This document shows positions 26,921 through 36,063 of a DNA stretch of 48,341 bases, piece after piece. Each line of letters starts with the position of its first letter. Position 1 is the first letter of the stretch. The stretch is from a virus. The notes beneath the pieces were generated by a model that was not told the DNA's origin, searched no databases, and was given only the letters and a program-made list of their open reading frames with translations. The position numbers were made by a program, and so were the translations under genes. The DNA lies in the IMG/VR virus record IMGVR_UViG_3300045988_161023, one strand, 5' to 3'.

Positions 26921-27297
26921 CGCAAACGATAGATCGTGCCCACGTCCTCGACATGGGCGTCGAGGTTTTGCGGGGTGAGCCTGATGGCGTCATCGGGCTT
27001 GCCGGGGTTCGGGACGCGGTAGATCTGTCCGAGAAGCTCGTCATAGAGCGGTTCGGCCTGTTCCCACCGGAGCCCCGAGAGCCCCCGGAGCCCTGCGGAA
27101 AGCAGCGCGGCGGTGTTCGAAGACGCTGAAAGCGTCCGGATGTCGGCGGGCATCTCGGAACCGAAGACGGCGAGCAGCGCACGGGCGGCCCATTTTTCTA
27201 GTTTCGTGACGGGCATCTCCTTGACCTTGAAGGTCTTCCCGGCGTCGCGGCCCTTGTCGATGGCAATGATCTTTTCGTTGAGCATGACGGCCTCCAC
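26788..27297 (-). CDS. Tail assembly chaperone (lambda G / Mu gp41-like)
   Basis: 169-aa ORF between the tail tube and tape measure genes. The 0-frame product ends shortly after the slippery site. Confidence 0.6.
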   Translation of the reverse strand: MEAVMLNEKIIAIDKGRDAGKTFKVKEMPVTKLEKWAARALLAVFGSEMPADIRTLSASSNTAALLSAGLRGLSGLRWEQAEPLYDELLGQIYRVPNPGKPDDAIRLTPQNLDAHVEDVGTIYRLRWEAIAVCLDFLHGGEGLTSRLSQILNPSGSGTTQTSPDASASR

Positions 27298-27300
27298 GGT

Positions 27301-27750
27301 TTAAAGCGGGCTCGCGGTCCACTGGTCGAAGGTGATGACGAAGGCGCTCGCCTGCAAGGTCTGAGCGGCGTTGGGGCTGGACTGTACGGAGGTGAGGCCG
27401 CCCCGTTTCCCGGTGATCTTCCGGTTGATGCTCGGCATGGCGAACTCGGCATTGCAGAGCATCACTTCCCGGGCGGTTTCCTGATACGTGGCCCAATCTT
27501 CCATGATTTGGCGGCTCGGACTGTCAGCAGCGAGGGTAATCGTAACTTCTTTGTTGGTCGGAACCCACCCAAAAGAGGTATGCCCGTCAACGCCCTTTTC
27601 CGCGACGACTGGGGTATTCGTGGCGACGCTGACCATCGCGTCGGTGCTGAACCCCTCGATCTGCACGGGACTGTCGTAGAGCCCGGGAACCGTCAGGAAA
27701 AGCGTGCAATTTGCCGCTGTAATCGTCATGTTGCCGAAGTTGTCAGCCAT
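27301..27750 (-). CDS. Tail tube protein (Mu gpM-like)
   Basis: 149-aa ORF directly after the sheath gene. Confidence 0.7.
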   Translation of the reverse strand: MADNFGNMTITAANCTLFLTVPGLYDSPVQIEGFSTDAMVSVATNTPVVAEKGVDGHTSFGWVPTNKEVTITLAADSPSRQIMEDWATYQETAREVMLCNAEFAMPSINRKITGKRGGLTSVQSSPNAAQTLQASAFVITFDQWTASPL

Positions 27751-27764
27751 GTTTTACCTCATCA

Positions 27765-29270
27765 TCACTGAATGGCCGTGGCGGGCATGACGATTTGCTG
27801 CACGCTGCCGCCGTCCATGTAGTAGAATTTGCATTCGGGGGACTGGCGCTGTCCGCGTACGGTCGCGCCGGGGTCCTTGACCTGCATGTACCAGCCCTGC
27901 GTTTCAAGCGTCTGGGAAACGTCCAGCCCGATTTCCGCGAGGAGCTGCACCTTTTGGGTGTTCGAGAGGGTCACGCCCGTGCGGATAGCCCCGAAGTCGA
28001 GAAACCGCGTGATGGTGTCGAGACATGCCGTGCGGATCATGCCGTAGCCGCTCTCGTTGTAGGGGATGCACGTTACGGCCTTGAACAGATCAAGGAGGTT
28101 AAGCTGGAGGCCGTCTTTGATGGCGATGGCGTCAAGGTAGGTGTCGAGCCAGCCCCATTTGCCGGAAACCTGCCCATTCTGGAAAAACTTGAACTGGCTG
28201 GAGGCCGTGGCGAAGTCCGCATAGCAGTTGTAGCCATTGGCGATCAGCGCATCATAGTTCTCGTCGTTGTCGCAGGTTACGGCAAGCCCTTCGCCTTGCT
28301 TGAAAGCGAATGTGAGCCGTCCGTTCGTCTCTTCAAAATTGATTGAGGCCGCCGTGCCCATGACCCACGCGGCGAGCTCAGGCGTGTTGAACACGGGAAC
28401 CGTCCCGTCAAGTTCGAGCACCTTGGCGATCTGATACCCCGCCGAGGCCGTGGAACCCGCGACCTGCGCGGCGTTGTCGGTATCATACAGCACATAGGCG
28501 AAACGTGTGTCATACCCGGCGCACCATTGTGCGAGCGCGATCTTGTCGTTAAGCTCTGGCTCCCATACCGTGGAGAACGTCACCCAATCGCGGGCGTACA
28601 GGAGCACGTTGGTCATGCAGTCGGGGAGCGTCTGGCCAGCCATGCCTACGGATTGGACGGCACCGGACTGTTCGGTGAGCAGAAGCAGTGCGCCGAGGTC
28701 GGTCCCGGCTTCCGGCGGTGTCGGAAAGGCCACGGCGGAACTTGCCCCGGTCGTCGGGCTGTCGATCTGGAACGCCCCGGTCTGGCTGGAGTACGTCACC
28801 TTCGCCCCGGTCGCGCCCGCCGTCGTGAGCGCGGTCTGGATCGCCTCCGCAACCTGCGAGAAGCTGGTCGCAGCGGACAAATCCACGGAGGAAAGCGTGT
28901 GCGGCGTGTTGTCGATGGAAATGACCATCGCGCCGTTGGTGACGGCCTGCAACACGGCGATATTGCCCGTATACTTCGCGCCGCGCAGCCATGCGCCCAC
29001 GGCCTCGCCGTTGTACCGGGCAAAGAAGATCTTGTCCGGGAGGCTCGTCGTGTTCACGTAGCCGGAGAAGTACATTGAAGCCATGCTTGCCTCTTCCGAA
29101 AGCGAGCCGAAATAATTGGCCACGGCCTGCGCGCTGGCGAACTGCACGACTCTGCCTGCGGGCAAAAGCTCGGACTGCGAAAGCAGGAGCCCGGCGAAGG
29201 TCAGGCCCGGCGTGCCGCCCTCGATAATGCGGGGGATGATTTGAACCAGTTTGTCGGCATTGACGCTCAT
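27765..29270 (-). CDS. Tail sheath protein (Mu gpL-like)
   Basis: 501 aa, at the head of the tail module, with conserved sheath-family C-terminal blocks. Confidence 0.8.
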   Translation of the reverse strand: MSVNADKLVQIIPRIIEGGTPGLTFAGLLLSQSELLPAGRVVQFASAQAVANYFGSLSEEASMASMYFSGYVNTTSLPDKIFFARYNGEAVGAWLRGAKYTGNIAVLQAVTNGAMVISIDNTPHTLSSVDLSAATSFSQVAEAIQTALTTAGATGAKVTYSSQTGAFQIDSPTTGASSAVAFPTPPEAGTDLGALLLLTEQSGAVQSVGMAGQTLPDCMTNVLLYARDWVTFSTVWEPELNDKIALAQWCAGYDTRFAYVLYDTDNAAQVAGSTASAGYQIAKVLELDGTVPVFNTPELAAWVMGTAASINFEETNGRLTFAFKQGEGLAVTCDNDENYDALIANGYNCYADFATASSQFKFFQNGQVSGKWGWLDTYLDAIAIKDGLQLNLLDLFKAVTCIPYNESGYGMIRTACLDTITRFLDFGAIRTGVTLSNTQKVQLLAEIGLDVSQTLETQGWYMQVKDPGATVRGQRQSPECKFYYMDGGSVQQIVMPATAIQ

Positions 29271-29285
29271 TGCGCCCTCCTTTTG

Positions 29286-29771
29286 CTATGCCAGCGGATG
29301 TACGGAAAGTTCCGCGTCGGTAAAAGTATCAATCTCAACGTGTTCAACGCGGTTTGCCTGAACCAGCACGTTGAGCATGAAGCGGGGGTTGTACTGCTCG
29401 TCACCTTCCGCCTGCGTCATGTCCTGCGGGTCTTCGACGTACAGGGGGGCAATCCCGTACGTTTGCAGGAAGCGGCACCCGACGCCGTCGCGCAGGAGCG
29501 TTGCGAGCGTCTGGGCACGGTCGGCGGCGGTCGGGCCGTAGACGTCAAGCTGGACACGGCGGCGCTGCGGCTGCACGATGGCCTCTCCGCCGCACTCGGT
29601 CTGGTGCAGGTTCGTCGAGAGGCGCGTCATGCTCATCGGGGTGACGAGCACGTAGTTTTTCGCCTTCGGCTTGCTCACGCGGTTGACGTAGCCGCGGACA
29701 ACAACGGCGGAATCGCCGAGGTAACGCTTACAAAAATCGCCGAGGGCCTGCACGAGGATGCCGTCACTCAT
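29286..29771 (-). CDS. Phage protein, putative tail terminator / completion (Mu gp37-like position)
   Basis: 161-aa ORF between the head-completion genes and the sheath. Confidence 0.45.
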   Translation of the reverse strand: MSDGILVQALGDFCKRYLGDSAVVVRGYVNRVSKPKAKNYVLVTPMSMTRLSTNLHQTECGGEAIVQPQRRRVQLDVYGPTAADRAQTLATLLRDGVGCRFLQTYGIAPLYVEDPQDMTQAEGDEQYNPRFMLNVLVQANRVEHVEIDTFTDAELSVHPLA

Positions 29772-30195
29772 CGTCTCCCCCTTTGGGCGGTTCCGTGGCC
29801 CCGACTTCCGGCGGCGCGGTTTCCCTGAGCTTCACGCACCGGATTTTCGTCCAGCCCGCCGTGGGATTCCAGCGCTCCAGAACTTGATCTACCTGCCACT
29901 CGGCGCCATCCCAGTAGAGAAGATCGCCGCCCTGCTCCGCCGGACGATCAAGGGCCGACCAGTCCCCTGAAAGATAAAAGTCGTGCCAGATCGTGTTCTG
30001 GCGCTGCTGCACGAGGAATTGCAGCGTTTTGTCGGCGACAGGCTGCGGCTGCGCCATGACTTCCACGGCGGGGGCCCATGCCGGGACCTGCTCATACTGC
30101 GCGGTTATGGTGAAGCCTGTGGAGACGAGAATCACGACCGACTGGAAAGGGTTCACGATGCTGATAAGCGGACGCACAAGTTCATGGAGATTCAT
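29764..30195 (-). CDS. Hypothetical head-tail joining protein
   Basis: 143-aa ORF coupled upstream and downstream. Confidence 0.4.
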   Translation of the reverse strand: MNLHELVRPLISIVNPFQSVVILVSTGFTITAQYEQVPAWAPAVEVMAQPQPVADKTLQFLVQQRQNTIWHDFYLSGDWSALDRPAEQGGDLLYWDGAEWQVDQVLERWNPTAGWTKIRCVKLRETAPPEVGATEPPKGGDDE

Positions 30196-30755
30196 CTTTT
30201 GACTACCTCGTAATCGATGGACTTGAGCAGGCTTCCGGAATCGATGAGCGTCCCCTTTCCCGCGCCCTTGGCGTTCTTGCGGCGCCTGGTGGATTCGGCA
30301 TTGTCCGGGGGCATATTGCTCTTGATCGTTGCTTGAATGTCGTCTGCCATGCGGCGTCCCACAAGCCGCATCGCCTCTTTCGGCGTCCGTCCGGCTTCCA
30401 ACGCTTCCGCGAGGTTATCGCACCATGCGTCCGCCTTGGCATCGAGCGTTGAACGCAGGAAAGGCCGGGAGGGGATGGTGACGGTGTGGGCTTTGACCGT
30501 CGCATCCTGCGCAAAATCGCTTTTGCCCTTCTTCACGAACCGATTCCCGACGCTGCCGTCACGCTTCCGCTTGAAGTACAAGGTTTGCGTCCGCTCAGGG
30601 ATTTCGATGGTGGCGCCGTATTCGTTGTACGCCGCATACTCTGCGACGGGAGTACCACCTTCGCCCCGCGTCGCATTTTCGAGCACCCCGGCCTTCACGA
30701 CGATATCGGGGGTAATGTACCGCTTGAGCAGCTTTTCGAGTTCTCCGGACACCAT
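30192..30755 (-). CDS. Phage virion morphogenesis protein (Mu G-like family)
   Basis: Internal start MVSGELEKLL at ATG 30755 (TAATG overlap with the upstream gene). GTPVAEYAAYNEYGATIEIPER...IPSRPFLR fits the virion-morphogenesis family. Confidence 0.55.
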   Translation of the reverse strand: MVSGELEKLLKRYITPDIVVKAGVLENATRGEGGTPVAEYAAYNEYGATIEIPERTQTLYFKRKRDGSVGNRFVKKGKSDFAQDATVKAHTVTIPSRPFLRSTLDAKADAWCDNLAEALEAGRTPKEAMRLVGRRMADDIQATIKSNMPPDNAESTRRRKNAKGAGKGTLIDSGSLLKSIDYEVVKR

Positions 30756-31186
30756 TACCCCCACGGATGCCAATACCGGGCGGCATAGTAGCGCCCGCCT
30801 ACTGCATAGGGCTGGATGGCCTGCCAAAACGTCTGTCCGCACGGTGTCTGGTTGTAGAACGCCTTCCCCGTCGCCGTGGGCACGGAGAAGCTGATGCTGA
30901 CAGTTCCTTCCGTCGCCGAAGCTACCGGCCCGGCCTGCCCCATCGGCCACAAGGCCAGCGTCGCCAGATGGCAGACGAGGAGGTACAGCAGCGTCTTGCG
31001 GATCATGACGCCGTGGGCCGGGTCGTAGGGAACCGGGGATGAGTTTGTGTTGTCCAAGAGCAGACAGGCGACGTCGAACGCCTGCCGAAGCTGTGCATCG
31101 GTCAGGAGAGGCTGCCCGGTCTTCGGATCGACGAAGCGCGGGTAGGCCTCCCGGAACTCCTGCGGGTCAAAGACAACAACAGCCAC
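30755..31186 (-). CDS. Hypothetical head-tail connector protein (DUF4054-like position)
   Basis: 143-aa ORF. Confidence 0.4.
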   Translation of the reverse strand: MAVVVFDPQEFREAYPRFVDPKTGQPLLTDAQLRQAFDVACLLLDNTNSSPVPYDPAHGVMIRKTLLYLLVCHLATLALWPMGQAGPVASATEGTVSISFSVPTATGKAFYNQTPCGQTFWQAIQPYAVGGRYYAARYWHPWG

Positions 31187-31189
31187 GGT

Positions 31190-31594
31190 TTAGAACCCCG
31201 CCTTGCTCTGGAGCGGTTCGGTCTGCGCCTTGGCTACGTCCACGGGCTCCAGCCCGTTGCGCAGTTCCGCCCTTTCGTCGGCCTCGTCCACGGCGTCGGC
31301 CTTGCGCGCCTGCGCGAAGATGAGCCCGGACTTGAAGATTTCCATGTGCGGACCATAGGTCTTTTCAATGTATGCCCAATCGTCGGCGTTCACCCGCGTC
31401 AGCCCAAACGCGCCCACGGGCAGCACGCCCTTTTCCTTTCCGCGCAGGCTGGCGGCGTTGCCTTCGATGAGCACCTTGCGTCCGTCGGGCATGGGGAACG
31501 TGATCCCGGTCGCCCGGTTCAGGGCGACCATCACTGTATCCGTCTTCGTCGCCTGCGTTGTTTCCGGGGCGGTATTCTTTTTGGGTCTGGCCAT
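31190..31594 (-). CDS. Hypothetical protein, first gene of the long head-completion/tail operon
   Basis: Start moved to ATG 31594 (MARPKKNTAPE...), preceded by GGAGGG. The track start at 31627 lacks an RBS and would sit only 22 nt from the promoter motif. Confidence 0.45.
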   Translation of the reverse strand: MARPKKNTAPETTQATKTDTVMVALNRATGITFPMPDGRKVLIEGNAASLRGKEKGVLPVGAFGLTRVNADDWAYIEKTYGPHMEIFKSGLIFAQARKADAVDEADERAELRNGLEPVDVAKAQTEPLQSKAGF

Positions 31595-31649
31595 ATCTCT
31601 GTATCCCTCCGTTGTTTTGGTCATCATGACAAAAGAGCCGGGACGAAAT

Positions 31650-31667
31650 CACCGTGAACAAAGTTCG
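31650..31667 (-). promoter_or_regulatory. Late-promoter dyad motif copy 2 (CACCGTGAACAAAGTTCG)
   Basis: Lies between the antirepressor stop (31669) and the 31594 start. 17 of 18 nt match copies 3 and 4. Confidence 0.5.
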
Positions 31668-31668
31668 G

Positions 31669-32472
31669 CTATGCGGCACGGCGAAGGCGGTACTTGCCCA
31701 GCATGTTCAGGTCGTTTTTCAGGGACAGCCGGAAGGCTTCGATCACGTCGACGTGGTACGCCTTCACGCTCCCGAAACGGCTGTCCTCGATTTCCCGGAT
31801 TTCGTAATCCATACGGCGGGACATATCGGAAAGCTTGCGTCCCGCGACGGAGTACGCGGCTGGCGTATCTGCGAAGATGTCAAGGAACCACGGGATGCCC
31901 TTCACGGACTTGTAGTCCCTGCCCCGCCCAAGTTCGTTCTCAAGAGCCGCAGCCTTGCGTACGGCTGCGGAGGCGGTTGCCATTGCGGTGGCCTCGCGGC
32001 GTGAACCGATTTCGGCCTTGGTGCGGATTGCATCGTCGCGCTCGGCTTCGATGCGCCTGATGGTTTCCTGCGCGACCAGCACGGCGCGGGCAAGGATGAC
32101 TTCGGGGGTATCGTCCAGCTTGGCTATCAGGTAGCCGCCCGTCTTACGGATGGAGGGGATGACCTCATGCGTCACCCACCGCTTGAACGCCTTGGCTTCG
32201 GGCTTGCGGGAACGCAGGATGAGGGAATACAGGCCCGGTTCTGAAATGATACGGCTATCGCGTCGCAATCCTGTGGAATCATTCAGAGTGTGGATAATAT
32301 CGACAATAGGGCGTTGCTCGTCGTGCTCCAGAATGTCCGGCAGATCCCGCGTCTCCGTCCCGAGGACGGCGCATACATCCCGCGCCACAAACCACGGCTC
32401 ACCCTTGTGCTCGATCACGCGAAGGGAACCGAACTTTTCATGCTCAAAAAGAGCCAAGGGAGAATTTTCCAT
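31669..32472 (-). CDS. Antirepressor with N-terminal Bro-N domain
   Basis: Start at MENSPLALFEHEKFGSLRVIEHKGEPWFVARDVCAVLG, which is Bro-N. ATG 32472 is preceded by GGAGGTG. The 50 upstream codons of the track ORF are leader sequence containing the promoter motif. Confidence 0.7.
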   Translation of the reverse strand: MENSPLALFEHEKFGSLRVIEHKGEPWFVARDVCAVLGTETRDLPDILEHDEQRPIVDIIHTLNDSTGLRRDSRIISEPGLYSLILRSRKPEAKAFKRWVTHEVIPSIRKTGGYLIAKLDDTPEVILARAVLVAQETIRRIEAERDDAIRTKAEIGSRREATAMATASAAVRKAAALENELGRGRDYKSVKGIPWFLDIFADTPAAYSVAGRKLSDMSRRMDYEIREIEDSRFGSVKAYHVDVIEAFRLSLKNDLNMLGKYRLRRAA

Positions 32473-32525
32473 CGCTGCACCTCCATAGTGTTTTGGAGAT
32501 GATGCCGCATGGCGGCGTGGGGGCA

Positions 32526-32543
32526 CACCGTGAACAAGGTTCG
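32526..32543 (-). promoter_or_regulatory. Late-promoter dyad motif copy 3 (CACCGTGAACAAGGTTCG)
   Basis: Sits 54 nt upstream of the antirepressor ATG. Confidence 0.5.
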
Positions 32544-32646
32544 TGCAGGCAAAAGAAAAGCCCCTTTCGGGGCGGAGGGCGGCGGCGGTGGATTTTTGGA
32601 ACGGCCTATGCCATGATAGCCTCATCTATAATAAGGGGGATGATGT

Positions 32647-33246
32647 ATGGCTACCTACATCAAATTTCTGGCAGGGGACTACGGGAAAGAAGAATATATT
32701 TACATTAAAAATAAAAACCAGTTGCGTTGCTCTTCAAAAATGTTTGGAGCAAAGGAACTTTTTCTTTCCAGTATTGCCTCTTGCGAAGTAGCCAATGAAG
32801 AATCGGTCAAAAAGCTCGGCGGAACTTTGGGAGGCGCACTTGTCGGCGGCGTCTTGCTTGGAGGCATCGGAGCGGTTGCGGGTGCGGTAGCTGGAGGCAA
32901 GACGACTGAGTCTACCGTCATTATTGAGTTCAAAAATGGAAATAAGGCATTGGCAAAGGTGAATAGCCCCATGATGGAGGTTATCCGCGCACACCTTTTT
33001 GATGACCAATTGGCCCAAGAGCGTGGAGAACCAAACCCGCTTATACATCATGAACGTTCTCAGACGCCCCCTAAAAAAATTGCCCTTATCATTGGAGTGC
33101 TGATAACAGTAGTGCTAGCCGTATTGTGGCTGAGTTGTGCCCTCCAAACGCCGCCCAATACGAATGGGGCCTTGTTATGGGGAATCCTCACTATCCTTTC
33201 CGGACTGTATTCTTGGAAAACCTATAAGAAAATATATAAATCTTAA
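32647..33246 (+). CDS. Glycine-zipper membrane protein (moron)
   Basis: LGGTLGGALVGGVLLGGIGAVAGAVAGG glycine zipper, then two C-terminal TM helices (IALIIGVLITVVLAVLWL and LLWGILTILSGLY). GC about 44%. Transcribed opposite to the flanking late genes. Confidence 0.6.
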   Translation: MATYIKFLAGDYGKEEYIYIKNKNQLRCSSKMFGAKELFLSSIASCEVANEESVKKLGGTLGGALVGGVLLGGIGAVAGAVAGGKTTESTVIIEFKNGNKALAKVNSPMMEVIRAHLFDDQLAQERGEPNPLIHHERSQTPPKKIALIIGVLITVVLAVLWLSCALQTPPNTNGALLWGILTILSGLYSWKTYKKIYKS

Positions 33247-33281
33247 TATATTAACTTGAATCCGAACAGGGAGAGAGGACC

Positions 33282-34352
33282 ATGGATTTTTCGGAAAGAA
33301 TTGCTGAATTGTCGAAAAAGGTAAAGAATCTGGGAGATAGCCTCAAGACCGAAGAGGCCACGAAAAACGCCTTGGTGATGCCTTTCATCGCGGCCCTGGG
33401 ATACGACGTTTTCAACCCTGCGGAAGTCGTGCCCGAATTTTCAGCCCCCATCGGCGAATATAAGGACGCCCGCGTGGACTATGCGATTCTTGTGGACGGC
33501 AAGCCTATCCTTCTTCTGGAGTGCAAGGCTTTGGGCACGTCTCTCGACATGAAGCACTGCAACCAGCTACAGCTTTACTTCCACGGGACGGAAGCCCCCA
33601 TTGCCATCCTGACGGACGGCAACCGTTACCGGTTCTATTCCGATCTTGAAACAGCCAACAAAATGGACAGCAAGCCCTATATGGAGTTCGTCCTTGACGA
33701 TATGGATGAAATGTTGCTCCCGGAACTGCGCAAGTTGGCAAAAGGCAAGTTTGATCGGGATGCCTGCATGAGCGCGGCAAACGAACTCAAGTACAACCGA
33801 GAGTTCAAACGCCTCATGTCCGAACAAATGGAAACGCCCCACGAAGATTTCGCACGCTTTTTCATCGGACAGACGTATGATGGGCGTATCACGCAAAACG
33901 TTCTGGATCGCTTCACTCCAATCCTTACCGCTGCGCTTGACCAGTTCATCAACGACCGCATCAACGACCGATTGAAAAATGCCATGACGCAGCAGAAACC
34001 GGAAATTGTAGAGATAGAGTCCGAAGATACCCCACAAGGAAAAGAGCAGGATTCGCGTATAGTCACCACCGAGGAAGAAAAAGAGGCGTATTACCTTGTC
34101 AAATCGCTTCTGATGGGCACCGTTGATCCGGGGCGCGTAGCCATGCGGGACAGCATCAGCTACTGCTCCATCCTTCTTGACGACAACAGGCTCAAGCCTC
34201 TGTGCCGCCTGTATTTCAACGGAAAACAGTGGAGGGTCGGACTGTTTGATGGGGAGAATAAGGACGCAAAGGAAGACATCGAAAAACTGGAAGATATTAT
34301 CCCCTTTGCGGATCGAATCCGGGCTACGGCCTTGAAATACGATAACAAGTAA
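33282..34352 (+). CDS. HsdR-N (type I restriction enzyme R-subunit N-terminal, PD-(D/E)xK) domain protein
   Basis: TEEATKNALVMPFIAALGYDVFNPAEVVPEF...ARVDYAILVDGKPILLLECKALGTSL matches the HSDR_N nuclease-fold core (D...E.K). It has no helicase or other fused domain. Confidence 0.65.
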   Translation: MDFSERIAELSKKVKNLGDSLKTEEATKNALVMPFIAALGYDVFNPAEVVPEFSAPIGEYKDARVDYAILVDGKPILLLECKALGTSLDMKHCNQLQLYFHGTEAPIAILTDGNRYRFYSDLETANKMDSKPYMEFVLDDMDEMLLPELRKLAKGKFDRDACMSAANELKYNREFKRLMSEQMETPHEDFARFFIGQTYDGRITQNVLDRFTPILTAALDQFINDRINDRLKNAMTQQKPEIVEIESEDTPQGKEQDSRIVTTEEEKEAYYLVKSLLMGTVDPGRVAMRDSISYCSILLDDNRLKPLCRLYFNGKQWRVGLFDGENKDAKEDIEKLEDIIPFADRIRATALKYDNK

Positions 34353-34363
34353 AACTTTCCAAC

Positions 34364-34500
34364 GTGGCGTTGTCCGCCAATGCAGATGAATAACATCCAG
34401 ATGCGGGCAACGCCACTGCTTTTCTCTTTACATTTTTCGCGTTTTGTGCTGTCTTTTTTCTACGGTGCTCATCACACCAACAGTAGGCGGACAACGCCAC
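34364..34500. repeat. Perfect 15-bp inverted repeat pair (GTGGCGTTGTCCGCC ... GGCGGACAACGCCAC) flanking a T-rich 107-bp spacer
   Basis: A third partial copy GCGGGCAACGCCAC lies at 34402. A further 12-bp inverted repeat, GATGCCGGGTGT / ACACCCGGCATC, lies at 34575 and 34657. Confidence 0.4.
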
Positions 34501-34709
34501 CCGATAGTATGGCTCTTTTTGTGCCCTTTTGCCGAAGTCAAGACTCTTTTTGACTTTGGTTTTCTGCTATACTTGCATCTTCCTGATGCCGGGTGTCCCT
34601 GATATGTCCAAGCGTAAGCTAAAGGCAGGGAGCCGCTCCTACTGGCGGTGATGAACACCCGGCATCGTCATTCATCGGCGATGCCAACTCTTAACAGTAG
34701 GAGTTGGTT

Positions 34710-35639
34710 ATGTCTCATTCTCTTTGCTTCAACGATTTCACTTTCTCCCCCATAACTCGCGGCAATCAGCCTTGGATTCGCGCTACAGAACTCGCACGAG
34801 CTCTTGGGTATGGACGCGAAAATCAAGTTTCGCGTCTTTACCGAAATAACGCCGATGAATTCACGCCAGACATGACGCAACTAGTTGAAATTACCGCACA
34901 GCCCCAAAACGGGGCTGAGGGTCGCGCCCGCATCTTCTCACTTCGCGGCTGCCACCTCCTCGCCATGTTCGCCCGGACTCCGGTAGCAAAGGCATTCCGC
35001 AAGTGGGTGCTGGACGTCATCGAGCAGTACGGCGACAGGGTGCCCGTTGCCGAACCTGTGACGCTCAACGACGAGCTGATCAGTGCGGCGGAACGTGCCG
35101 AGCTCAAGCTCATCGTAGACGCCAAGCTCTCGACCTACCCCGCCGCTGTGCAGGGCAAGGCCCGTGCCGAAATCTGGGCGAAGCACAACCGCCATTTCCG
35201 CATCGCGGAATACAGCCAGCTCCCGGCCCGGCTCATGCCCGAGGCCCGCGAGTTCCTGCTTTCCGTCCGAGTCCGCGCCATCAACGCCATACCCACGGCG
35301 GAATCCGCGATCCCGTACCCTGCGCTTCCCGTCGCATCGTCACTATACCGCGACCGCGTGAGGGAGCTTGAACGGCTCGAACAGGATTGGATGGAACTTG
35401 CAGTCCTGATCCGCGACCGCGCTTATGGACTGGAACGAGATTTCCGCCGGGTGATGCAAGGAACGTATCCCGAGCTGCTCCGGCATGTATCGCCATCCGG
35501 GAAGACGCCCGTTGACGCGCTTATCCAGCTCATGACAGCCCCGACCTACACCGCCCGGCAAAACCTCGAATCCGCGCTTGATGATATGCGTCTTGCCATC
35601 CGTGCCGCGAAGACGGCAAACAGGTTGATGCTAGGGTAA
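34710..35639 (+). CDS. Second antirepressor-like protein (Bro-N-like N-terminus)
   Basis: ATG 34710 follows AGGAG. FNDFTFSPITRGNQPWIRATELARALGY fits the Bro-N pattern. Confidence 0.55.
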   Translation: MSHSLCFNDFTFSPITRGNQPWIRATELARALGYGRENQVSRLYRNNADEFTPDMTQLVEITAQPQNGAEGRARIFSLRGCHLLAMFARTPVAKAFRKWVLDVIEQYGDRVPVAEPVTLNDELISAAERAELKLIVDAKLSTYPAAVQGKARAEIWAKHNRHFRIAEYSQLPARLMPEAREFLLSVRVRAINAIPTAESAIPYPALPVASSLYRDRVRELERLEQDWMELAVLIRDRAYGLERDFRRVMQGTYPELLRHVSPSGKTPVDALIQLMTAPTYTARQNLESALDDMRLAIRAAKTANRLMLG

Positions 35640-35694
35640 TCCTTGGCAAGCCTACATGAATCATATAAGACTTTACCAACGGAGGGATTCCCCC

Positions 35695-36006
35695 ATGCTG
35701 CTGTTCGATGATGGGAAAAAGCTTGAAAAGGCCGTCGGCGAGGAAGCCGCAAAAGCCATCGTGGAAGTACTGGAACGCTTTGACGAGAGCCAAAGGAACG
35801 CCAGTGCCACCAAGGGAGATCTGCGCGAAACGGAACTGCGGTTGCAAAAAGAAATTCGGGAATTGGACCTGAAAGTGCAAGCGGAGATCGAAAAAATTCG
35901 TGCTGAAGTGTTGAAGGTCAAGTATGATCTTTTGAAATGGCAAATCGCCATAGGGTTTGCCCTTGTCGCAGTTATGGCCAAGGGCTTCGGCTGGCTCGGA
36001 TTCTAA
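35695..36006 (+). CDS. Coiled-coil protein with a C-terminal transmembrane anchor
   Basis: ATG follows GGAGGG. Heptad-rich RETELRLQKEIRELDLKVQAEIEKIRAEVLKVKYDLL, then WQIAIGFALVAVMAKGFGWLGF. Confidence 0.5.
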   Translation: MLLFDDGKKLEKAVGEEAAKAIVEVLERFDESQRNASATKGDLRETELRLQKEIRELDLKVQAEIEKIRAEVLKVKYDLLKWQIAIGFALVAVMAKGFGWLGF

Positions 36007-36027
36007 TAAAGAAAGAATATCGTAGAA

Positions 36028-36063
36028 AAGGGGTGGCTTTAAGAGCCGCCCCTTTTTGTTTTT
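36028..36063 (+). terminator. Rho-independent terminator
   Basis: AGGGGTGGCtttaagaGCCGCCCCT followed by TTTTGTTTTT. Confidence 0.6.

Noticed and set aside
17557-31627. Mu-like morphogenesis genes (Mor, F, DUF935 portal, gp44-47-like baseplate) suggesting a transposable Mu-type phage
   Set aside because: No transposase A/B or Mu-end repeats are present. The genome has a tyrosine integrase with a tRNA attP, an iteron origin and a lambda-like immunity region. It is a mosaic, not a transposable phage.
31595-31627. Track start codon at 31627 for the first gene of the tail operon
   Set aside because: It has no Shine-Dalgarno and would lie only 22 nt from the promoter motif. The ATG at 31594, with GGAGGG upstream, is preferred.
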